Source: an uncultured Gammaproteobacteria bacterium
GTDB taxonomy: Bacteria; Pseudomonadota; Gammaproteobacteria; CAKMZV01
Assembly (NCBI GenBank): GCA_929200535.1
Contig: CAKMZV010000005.1
Location: forward strand, 12,442-76,441
Direction: 5' to 3'
DNA length: 64,000 nucleotides
How positions within the stretch are numbered: position 1 is the stretch's first letter; each line of letters starts with the position of its first letter. The notes below the pieces were generated by a model that saw only the letters and a list, made by a program, of their open reading frames with translations, ran no database searches and was not told the origin of the DNA. The translations under genes were made by a program, and so were the position numbers. Shown piece after piece: positions 30,838 through 38,414 of this stretch.

Positions 30838-31955
30838 TATCTTGTCTCCATACTATTTTTAATTTTCTTTAAGGCAACCGCCTCAATTTGCCTGACTCTT
30901 TCTAAGGAAACATTATGTTTTTCTGATAGATCTTTTAGGGTAATTTTATTACCAGAGAGCCATCTTTCTTGAATAATTTCTTTGCTCCGCTCATCTAATT
31001 GCCCAATGGCTTTAATCATTCGTTGTTTTTGAAATTCAAAATTATCAGAATCAACAAGGATTTTTTCAGGTGAGTAGCGTGTATCAGAGAGGTATTGGGC
31101 TGGTACTAAGGTATTCTCATCATCATTTTCACCGAGATCAAAAGTGGCGTCGGATTGAGTCATCCTGCCTTCCATTTGATAGACTTCTGAAACTTTGACA
31201 TCTAATTTTTTAGCGATACGTTGTGCTTCATCACCATCAACCCAATCTAAATTTTTCTTTGAACTTCGGAGTTTGAAAAATAGTTTGCGTTGTGCTTTGG
31301 TGGTTGCCATTTTAATAATACGCCAATTTTTAATAATAAATTCGTGTATTTCTGCACGTACCCAGTGCGAGGCAAAGGACATTAATTTAACTTTTTTTTC
31401 AGGTTGAAATTTTTTAATGGCACGCATTAGCCCAACATTACCCTCTTGTACTAAGTCGGGTAAGGGTAAGCCATATCCAGAGTATTTTTGTGCGATGGCG
31501 ATAACATAGCGTAAATTGCTAAAAACTAATTTTTGGGCAGCTTCAAGATCGTTATATTTATGGATTCTATTGGCTAATTCCCATTCTTCTTCACTACTTA
31601 ATTTTGGTGCGGAGTTAGCACTCTGTACATATTTTTCAAAGCTTCCAGTATCTTGAAATGGGACTAAGGCTTGAGTTTCGGTTTCATCGTTTTTTTTCAG
31701 GGTTAGTGTTTGAGCACCCTCGATTTTAGGTTGTGAATTCCCTTCAACAAACTGCTTTTCATTTTTTTTATTATGTGTGGGAGGAGTAGCTTCCTCTTCA
31801 TCTTCAATAGTTTCTAACTCTTCTATATTGATAAAATCATCAGCATTGTCAAAAAACTCAGGAGTTTCTTCAGGCGAATTTTTTTCAACGGAATTGAGGA
31901 TTAAATCACCGTTTTTTTTAGCTTTATCTTTGTTAGTCTGATTTTTTTTAATCAT
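30837..31955 (-). CDS. rpoH: RNA polymerase sigma-32 (heat-shock sigma factor RpoH) with ~90-aa acidic N-terminal extension
   Basis: RpoH box QRKLFFKLR, region 2 (LVQEGNVGLMRAIKKF...SFASHWVRAEIHEF), region 4 HTH. Conserved RpoH N-terminus begins ~aa 95. The only in-frame ATG, GTG or TTG upstream of it is the ORF's first codon. Confidence 0.85.
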   Translation of the reverse strand: MIKKNQTNKDKAKKNGDLILNSVEKNSPEETPEFFDNADDFINIEELETIEDEEEATPPTHNKKNEKQFVEGNSQPKIEGAQTLTLKKNDETETQALVPFQDTGSFEKYVQSANSAPKLSSEEEWELANRIHKYNDLEAAQKLVFSNLRYVIAIAQKYSGYGLPLPDLVQEGNVGLMRAIKKFQPEKKVKLMSFASHWVRAEIHEFIIKNWRIIKMATTKAQRKLFFKLRSSKKNLDWVDGDEAQRIAKKLDVKVSEVYQMEGRMTQSDATFDLGENDDENTLVPAQYLSDTRYSPEKILVDSDNFEFQKQRMIKAIGQLDERSKEIIQERWLSGNKITLKDLSEKHNVSLERVRQIEAVALKKIKNSMETR

Positions 31956-31963
31956 TAGTTATT

Positions 31964-32428
31964 TTAAGAAGAGAATGATTGAGCTAATTGTTTGTCAATA
32001 GCTTGTTGCTCTACCCATCGATGAGTTCCGTCTTGATAGGTTTCTTTTTTCCAAAAGGGGGCAGCAACTTTGAGCGAATGAATGATAAATTCACAAGCTT
32101 GTAGAGCATTGATACGTTTGGGAGCACAGCAAATAACCAGTACAATGTTTTCCGCAGGTTTGAGTTCGCCAATGCGGTGAATGATTGAATAGGCACTGAG
32201 TTGCCATTTTTCACAGGCTTGATTGGCGATTTTTTGGAGCATTTTTTGGGTCATTGCGGGGTAGTGCTCTAAATATAGAGAGGAGATTTTGGATTGTTTT
32301 TTATCATCCCCATTGAAGTCACGAACTAAGCCGATAAATGAAGCAATTGCTCCTATATCAGTACGTTTTTGGGTGAGTTTGTGAATTTCCTCTTGAAGGT
32401 CAAAGTCAGAGTGTTGGACTTGAATCAT
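31964..32428 (-). CDS. moaE: molybdopterin synthase catalytic subunit
   Basis: Colinear with E. coli MoaE (...LEHYPAMT...IHRIGEL...APFWKKE...RWVE). Start at internal ATG (MIQVQHSDF). Confidence 0.8.
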   Translation of the reverse strand: MIQVQHSDFDLQEEIHKLTQKRTDIGAIASFIGLVRDFNGDDKKQSKISSLYLEHYPAMTQKMLQKIANQACEKWQLSAYSIIHRIGELKPAENIVLVICCAPKRINALQACEFIIHSLKVAAPFWKKETYQDGTHRWVEQQAIDKQLAQSFSS

Positions 32429-32436
32429 TGGTTGCT

Positions 32437-32682
32437 TTATCCTCCGGTGATTGGGGGAAAAAGGGCAATTTCGGCATTCTCTGGGATAGGGGATTCCCAA
32501 GTACTTAAATTCTGGTTAATTGCAATTTGTGTTTCTGGATTATTTAGTGCTTGTTGCCATTTTTCACCACGCTGGCAGAGGTGGGCTTTTAATTCATTTG
32601 CAGTGGCAAAAGATTGCTCAATTGGCTCTTCAGCAATGCCAAGTTGTTCTTTCAGTTTGGCAAAGTATAGAATGTTAATCAT
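32437..32682 (-). CDS. moaD: molybdopterin synthase sulfur-carrier subunit
   Basis: 81 aa ending in GG. MINILYFAKLKEQLG N-terminus typical of MoaD/ThiS fold. Sits between moaA and moaE. Confidence 0.7.
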   Translation of the reverse strand: MINILYFAKLKEQLGIAEEPIEQSFATANELKAHLCQRGEKWQQALNNPETQIAINQNLSTWESPIPENAEIALFPPITGG

Positions 32683-32710
32683 AATTTGGCAGAGATAGGC
32701 ACTATTATCG

Positions 32711-33709
32711 TTATCCGCCGAGTGATACCATTTGACGAAATTCAATATTTTTTCGATTTTCATTGAAAAAATGACGCTCTGGTTTTAGTTCCATCGATTT
32801 GACAATCATAGCCTCAAGTTCATTATCGCTGATGCCATCACGTATTGGTTGGCGTAAATCAATGGAATGTTCTTGCCCCAGACATAAGGCAAGCGTGCCT
32901 CTTGAGGTGAGACGTACGCGGTTGCAGGTGGCACAAAAATGTTGTGATACAGCGGAAATAACGCCGATACCGAGGTGTTTTTTTTCAGTACGGTAGTATT
33001 TTGCCGGTCCACCACCTTGGCGGCTAATGCTCGGAATTAGTTTTTCACCAAGGTGTTTTTCAACCCGCTCAAGCATTTCTTGCATTGGGATGTGTTTGTT
33101 CATTGAGTCAATCCCAGATTTTCCAATCGGCATTATTTCAATAAAGCGTAATTCAAGCCCGTATTTTGCGCTCCAATCAATGAGGTTTTCCATTTGGTCG
33201 TCATTAACTCCTCTCATCATTACGGTATTGATTTTGATTGGATCAAAGCCAATTTTTTTGGCTTGATAAATGCCTGTGAGAACTTTATTAAGGTTTCCAC
33301 CTCGGGTGATGCGATTAAATTCATCTGCGTTGAGCGTATCTAATGAAATATTCAGACGCCTAATGCCTGCTTGATAAAGGGGTTTTGCATAGCGTTCTAA
33401 GCGAGTGGCGTTAGTGGATAATGAGAGATCTAAATTGTCATTATCTTGGTTTATCATTGATACTATTTCGGTTAGATCTTTGCGTAAAAGAGGTTCGCCT
33501 CCAGTAAAGCGAATTCGCTTTACTCCAAGACGCACAAAAGCGGAGCAAATGCGAGAAATTTCTTCGGCAGTTAAATATTCAGTGTATTTGCCATTGGGGT
33601 GAACTCCTTTTGCTGGTGAGCAATAATCACAACGCAAATCACATTTATCCGTTACAGAAACGCGGATATAAGTAATTTCACGACCAAATGAATCAATTAG
33701 ACTTGTCAT
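32711..33709 (-). CDS. moaA: GTP 3',8-cyclase (radical SAM, molybdenum cofactor biosynthesis)
   Basis: CDLRCDYC radical-SAM cluster motif, C-terminal second cluster (CATCNRVRLTSRG), full-length MoaA similarity. Start codon lies inside a solo family-A repeat terminus. Confidence 0.9.
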   Translation of the reverse strand: MTSLIDSFGREITYIRVSVTDKCDLRCDYCSPAKGVHPNGKYTEYLTAEEISRICSAFVRLGVKRIRFTGGEPLLRKDLTEIVSMINQDNDNLDLSLSTNATRLERYAKPLYQAGIRRLNISLDTLNADEFNRITRGGNLNKVLTGIYQAKKIGFDPIKINTVMMRGVNDDQMENLIDWSAKYGLELRFIEIMPIGKSGIDSMNKHIPMQEMLERVEKHLGEKLIPSISRQGGGPAKYYRTEKKHLGIGVISAVSQHFCATCNRVRLTSRGTLALCLGQEHSIDLRQPIRDGISDNELEAMIVKSMELKPERHFFNENRKNIEFRQMVSLGG

Positions 33710-33730
33710 ATCTTTTGTGCAAAAGTCTCA
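33701..33730. repeat. solo family-A repeat terminus (acttgtcatatcttttgtgcaaaagtctca) overlapping the moaA start codon
   Basis: 28/30 match to the family-A terminus. The ATG ACA AGT of moaA is the atgacaagt of the repeat. Confidence 0.5.
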
Positions 33731-33889
33731 TTCTTTAATTTTATCGCTATGATTTAATTTATCAGCGTCTTTTTGACATTCTGTTAAATCAGCTTGGTAA
33801 GCATTCATATCAACTCCATCGGTATGAATAAAAGGAAGGGGGGCGATTACTACAGGCGGATAATACAAAAAGCAATAGAGTTATTATTT

Positions 33890-34252
33890 TTAATTTAATA
33901 CTTTATAGCCTCGGTTTTTTAAACATTTTTTAACAATACTGCTTTCTTCTTCATCATTCTTTAAGGCTCCTAAAGCTGTTCCTTCAGTAGCTCCGATGGC
34001 AGCGTGTGTGCCGACATTTTCTGGGTCAATTAAGGCACCAAGAGTACCTCGAAGTAATGCCCCAAAACCCGCACTTTTGGCAATGTTCTTACCGCTTTCT
34101 AACTGCTCTGCGACTTGTTCGCATTCAGCAAGATCAGTTTTATAAGCATCTATATCGATACCTTTAGTGTCGATAACTGGGCGACTGGCACAGGATGAAA
34201 GCAGTAGTGTTGACAGGGCAATTATCCAAAAAATGAAATTTTCTTTAACCAT
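33890..34252 (-). CDS. lipoprotein with glycine-zipper motif
   Basis: Lipobox LLSSC, then GFGALLRGTLGALIDP...GTHAAIGATEGTALGAL glycine-zipper-like segment. Overlaps the dsbA stop. Confidence 0.5.
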   Translation of the reverse strand: MVKENFIFWIIALSTLLLSSCASRPVIDTKGIDIDAYKTDLAECEQVAEQLESGKNIAKSAGFGALLRGTLGALIDPENVGTHAAIGATEGTALGALKNDEEESSIVKKCLKNRGYKVLN

Positions 34253-34871
34253 TTTTTAGTAAATAATTAATTATTTTGAAGATCTCATCTTTTCCCCCGG
34301 CGGTTTTTTCAGAAACACGATACTTCCCTTTAACAATAAAAGAGGGAACGCCTTCAATTTCAGATTTTTCAGTTAATTTTTTAGCTTGGGTCATTAAATT
34401 TTTAACCGCAAAACTATTGTAGGTTTTAGTAACGGTTTCTTTGTCAACTCCAACGCTTTTGAAAATATCGAAAATATCTTCTTGCGAGCGTAGTTGACCA
34501 GAGGAATAACGCTTAAAAATCTCCCCTTGAAGCTCATTGTGTTTTTTCAGTACGAATGCGACGTAGTAAAGTTGGACTGACCATTTGACACGTGGGGAGT
34601 AAAAAGCAGGTTGGTAGTGAAAATTAACTGTAGATTGTTTTGTTTTTAACCACTTTTCAACATATGGGTGAATATTTTTACAATGAGGACAACCATAGTA
34701 AAAAAACTCCACAACCTCAGGTTGCTTAGTCAGCGTGAACTCATTCTTCGGAGGGATTTTAAGATAATGTTTCCCTTCAATATACTTTTCTGCATTGCCT
34801 GACAAAGCAAGCAAAGAGAGAGTAGTTAACAAGAATGCTTTTGATAAAAGTGAAAGTGTTTTTGTTTTCAT
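34245..34871 (-). CDS. dsbA: thiol:disulfide interchange protein DsbA (copy 1)
   Basis: Signal peptide, CPHC active site (FFYYGCPHCKN), DsbA fold length (208 aa). Confidence 0.85.
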   Translation of the reverse strand: MKTKTLSLLSKAFLLTTLSLLALSGNAEKYIEGKHYLKIPPKNEFTLTKQPEVVEFFYYGCPHCKNIHPYVEKWLKTKQSTVNFHYQPAFYSPRVKWSVQLYYVAFVLKKHNELQGEIFKRYSSGQLRSQEDIFDIFKSVGVDKETVTKTYNSFAVKNLMTQAKKLTEKSEIEGVPSFIVKGKYRVSEKTAGGKDEIFKIINYLLKNG

Positions 34872-35027
34872 AATATTATTCTATAAGGTTGTTTTGAAAA
34901 AATTAAATAAAAGTGTAGCCTACAGTTCTCCATTATATCGATACCTTTGGTGTCGATAACTGGGCGACTGGCACAGGATGAAAGCAGTAGTGTTGACAGG
35001 GCAATTATCCAAAAAATGAAATTTTCT

Positions 35028-35654
35028 TTAACCATTTTTTAGTAAATAATTAATTATTTTGAAGATCTCATCTTTTCCCCCGGCGGTTTTTTCAGAAACA
35101 CGATACTTCCCTTTAACAATAAAAGAGGGAACGCCTTCAATTTCAGATTTTTCAGTTAATTTTTTAGCTTGGGTCATTAAATTTTTAACCGCAAAACTAT
35201 TGTAGGTTTTAGTAACGGTTTCTTTGTCAACTCCAACGCTTTTGAAAATATCGAAAATATCTTCTTGCGAGCGTAGTTGACCAGAGGAATAACGCTTAAA
35301 AATCTCCCCTTGAAGCTCATTGTGTTTTTTCAGTACGAATGCGACGTAGTAAAGTTGGACTGACCATTTGACACGTGGGGAGTAAAAAGCAGGTTGGTAG
35401 TGAAAATTAACTGTAGATTGTTTTGTTTTTAACCACTTTTCAACATATGGGTGAATATTTTTACAATGAGGACAACCATAGTAAAAAAACTCCACAACCT
35501 CAGGTTGCTTAGTCAGCGTGAACTCATTCTTCGGAGGGATTTTAAGATAATGTTTCCCTTCAATATACTTTTCTGCATTGCCTGACAAAGCAAGCAAAGA
35601 GAGAGTAGTTAACAAGAATGCTTTTGATAAAAGTGAAAGTGTTTTTGTTTTCAT
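35028..35654 (-). CDS. dsbA: thiol:disulfide interchange protein DsbA (copy 2, identical)
   Basis: 100% identical protein to copy 1, within the second 783-bp repeat unit. Confidence 0.85.
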   Translation of the reverse strand: MKTKTLSLLSKAFLLTTLSLLALSGNAEKYIEGKHYLKIPPKNEFTLTKQPEVVEFFYYGCPHCKNIHPYVEKWLKTKQSTVNFHYQPAFYSPRVKWSVQLYYVAFVLKKHNELQGEIFKRYSSGQLRSQEDIFDIFKSVGVDKETVTKTYNSFAVKNLMTQAKKLTEKSEIEGVPSFIVKGKYRVSEKTAGGKDEIFKIINYLLKNG

Positions 35655-35702
35655 AATATTATTCTATAAGGTTGTTTTGAAAAAATTAAATAAAAGTGTA
35701 GC

Positions 35703-36920
35703 CTACAGTTCTCCATAGGAATGAAGCCCAGATAAAAACATATTGACGCCAAGAAAGGCAAAGAGAGTAACGAATAGCCCAATAATAGCCCACCACGCCA
35801 TTAAGGTGCCTCGCCATCCTTTTGATATTCTTAGATGTAACCAAGCCGCATAGTTTAGCCACACAATCAATGCCCAAGTTTCTTTCGGATCCCAAGACCA
35901 ATACCCGCCCCAAGCCTCAGCCGCCCATAAGGCTCCGAGAATAGTGGCAATGGTAAAGGCAATAAAACCTAATGAAATTGCACGATAGGTTACCTCATCG
36001 ATAACCACTGTGGTGGGCATACGTTGTAACCAAAAAGATGGTTTTTCTTTTTGTTGGAAGTGATTGACGATTAACCATGCAATGGAGGTCATTGCGGCTA
36101 ATGCAAAAGCACCATAGCCGATAAAATTTGCTGGCACGTGAATTTTCATCCAATAGGAATTAAGGGCTGGAACTAAAGGCTGTATGTGGTGTGCGTTTCT
36201 TTCAAAGGCATACCACAGCAGGAAAGCAACCGCAAGCGAAACAATCAAGAGAGCAAAAAAGCCTAATTTGTAGTTTTGTAAGCGACGTTCTACTTGTAGA
36301 TAGATTAGCGTGGTAATCAAACAAAATAGAATAAAAACTTCATATAAATTACTGATTGGAATATGTCCGATTTGAGGGTCAATCAGGTAAGATTCGTGCC
36401 AACGAACTAATAATCCAGCAAAACCCATTACAACCCCTATCCATGCTAACTTACTGGATAATGCACCAATAAATTTATTGGTTGATAGAGTATGTGTTAA
36501 ATAGCCGATAGTTGAAAACACTAATAAAGCACTCATCCACATGACAGCAGATTGACTGGCAAAGAGATATTTAAGCCAAAAATTACTTTGTGCTAAATCA
36601 AGATTGTTTTGATATTGCCAAAGTGCAAAGAGGCTAATTACTCCAATAGCGATAAGGGCATATCTAAAAGCACGCCAATAAAAGCTGATGGAAAGCATCG
36701 TAATGACAGTAAAAATATAAATAACAACCTCAAAAACATCCATTGCTTGGCTATAGCGATAGCTAGCAAATAGAAAGAGAGTAGCCACCATCCATATTGA
36801 TGGAGAAAACAACGCTTCCCTAAGAAGGCGTTGGTCTATGGGTTCATTTATAGTTTGGTTTGCAGTAGTCACTTTATTATCATTAAAATAAGACGGCACA
36901 TTCATATTATAAGACGGCAC
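35703..36920 (-). CDS. ccsA: cytochrome c-type biogenesis protein CcsA/ResC (System II heme-handling protein)
   Basis: WWD/tryptophan-rich motif WAAEAWGGYWSWDPKETWALIVW, multiple TM helices. N-terminal ~100 aa poorly conserved, so the start is uncertain. Confidence 0.75.
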   Translation of the reverse strand: MPSYNMNVPSYFNDNKVTTANQTINEPIDQRLLREALFSPSIWMVATLFLFASYRYSQAMDVFEVVIYIFTVITMLSISFYWRAFRYALIAIGVISLFALWQYQNNLDLAQSNFWLKYLFASQSAVMWMSALLVFSTIGYLTHTLSTNKFIGALSSKLAWIGVVMGFAGLLVRWHESYLIDPQIGHIPISNLYEVFILFCLITTLIYLQVERRLQNYKLGFFALLIVSLAVAFLLWYAFERNAHHIQPLVPALNSYWMKIHVPANFIGYGAFALAAMTSIAWLIVNHFQQKEKPSFWLQRMPTTVVIDEVTYRAISLGFIAFTIATILGALWAAEAWGGYWSWDPKETWALIVWLNYAAWLHLRISKGWRGTLMAWWAIIGLFVTLFAFLGVNMFLSGLHSYGEL

Positions 36921-37031
36921 ATTAATATTAAATTATAAACTTTTAATGAATTGTCGTTGTAAAATTGTTTTTATTAGTTCAAATCATCTTTGGTATCGCC
37001 TATATTTTATTGCAAATCAAATTAAACAATT

Positions 37032-37514
37032 ATGAAAAAGTATTTTTTAATCGGTGTTCTTGCTGTTTTATTCTTGGTTGTATGGATAAATAAGGAATCC
37101 TTTTCTCTTGAAGTGAAAAATATGACTTTGGTTGATGTTTTTCAGAAAGAACACCAATTGCTCAACGCTTCTCCAGTATTGGTGAATATGTGGGCAACCG
37201 ATTGTGTTGCTTGTATTAAAGAGATGCCTAAACTCAAAGCGTTGCACAAAAAATACTCTGATAAAGGGTTCCGTGTAGTGGCAATTGCATTAGCTTATGA
37301 TAAATTAGAAGCAATTAAAATTTATGCAAAACAGAATTCTCTTAATTTTCCTGTTATTTATGATGAGGGAGAAAAAATTGCTCCTCTTTTTGGGAAAATT
37401 AGGGTAACGCCAACGAGTTTTTTATTAGACTCTAAAGGGAAGGTGGTAAGAAAAGCGATTGGTGAACCTGAATGGGATGATTGGGAGCAACAGATTAGGC
37501 AATTACTCTCTTAA
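37032..37514 (+). CDS. thioredoxin-fold thiol-disulfide oxidoreductase (TlpA/ResA/DsbE-like)
   Basis: Signal/anchor N-terminus, WATDCVAC CxxC motif, TlpA-like spacing. Divergently adjacent to ccsA. Confidence 0.75.
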   Translation: MKKYFLIGVLAVLFLVVWINKESFSLEVKNMTLVDVFQKEHQLLNASPVLVNMWATDCVACIKEMPKLKALHKKYSDKGFRVVAIALAYDKLEAIKIYAKQNSLNFPVIYDEGEKIAPLFGKIRVTPTSFLLDSKGKVVRKAIGEPEWDDWEQQIRQLLS

Positions 37515-37526
37515 TTTTTTGCTCTT

Positions 37527-38411
37527 GTGTCTCTCCCTTGTGTTTTGAGTATAGGAGGTAATGACCCCACAGGTGCAGCTGGTTTGGCAATGGATGTGCG
37601 AGTTGGGCAGCGTTTGAATGTTCGAGTATTACCGATATTAAGTTGTTTTACAGTGCAGGATGGTAATACGGTTAGTCGAGTAGACTGGCTTTCTAAAGAA
37701 CAGTTTGAAGCCCAACTTGCGTCTCTTTTAAATAGTGGTAGGGAGTTGCCTCGAGTGATTAAAATTGGCTTGTTGTTAAGCCCTGATTTAATCGATAGTG
37801 TGGTTGATTTTTATCATACTATGACTCAAAAAAGTAAGGGTGAAATTTTTGTTATTTTTGATCCTATCTTAACCAATGGACAAGGAAGTCCCTTTTTTTC
37901 GAGTGAGGAAAATTTAACTGCGATTATAAATAAAATTAGGCATCGACTTTTGCCTATTTGTTCAGTCCTTGCACCAAATGAACAAGAATTTAAGCTTTTA
38001 ATAAAAGAAGATAATACCACCATGGAAAATTTGAACGACCAGGTTTCTGATTTAGTTCAAATAATGGCAACGTACCAAAATTTTATACCAATGTTAATTC
38101 TTAGTGGAGGGCATAGCGTAGATGAGGATTGTTATATAGTCAATCGGCTATTTTATCGAGAAGACAATCAGATACAACAACAAAAAATTAAACAAACCCG
38201 CTATCCAGGGGGATATCGTGGTACTGGTTGTGCTTTAAGCACTGCCACAGCTTGCGTTATGGCGAAACACCTGAATAATAATTCAAATACCCTTGAGTCA
38301 ACGACACAAAAAAAAATTATTCAAGAGGGCTTTGCTTTTGTTCACCATGCCGTGGAACAGACCCATAAAAAAACAAAATCGACTGATGAAAATCAGTTTT
38401 TAAATTTTTAA
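37527..38411 (+). CDS. thiD: hydroxymethylpyrimidine/phosphomethylpyrimidine kinase (ThiD/PdxK ribokinase-like)
   Basis: VLSIGGNDPTGAAGLAMDV N-terminal motif and C-terminal GTGCALSTA anion-hole motif. Confidence 0.75.
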   Translation: MSLPCVLSIGGNDPTGAAGLAMDVRVGQRLNVRVLPILSCFTVQDGNTVSRVDWLSKEQFEAQLASLLNSGRELPRVIKIGLLLSPDLIDSVVDFYHTMTQKSKGEIFVIFDPILTNGQGSPFFSSEENLTAIINKIRHRLLPICSVLAPNEQEFKLLIKEDNTTMENLNDQVSDLVQIMATYQNFIPMLILSGGHSVDEDCYIVNRLFYREDNQIQQQKIKQTRYPGGYRGTGCALSTATACVMAKHLNNNSNTLESTTQKKIIQEGFAFVHHAVEQTHKKTKSTDENQFLNF

Positions 38412-38414
38412 AGA

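Larger units (their letters stand above)
34151..35716. repeat. head-to-tail tandem duplication, 2 x 783 bp (34151-34933 and 34934-35716), 1 mismatch
   Basis: Direct sequence identity. The unit holds the 5' ~100 bp of the lipoprotein gene, a complete dsbA, its upstream region and the last ~20 bp of ccsA. Junction at ...ctccat|tatatcg... Confidence 0.85.
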
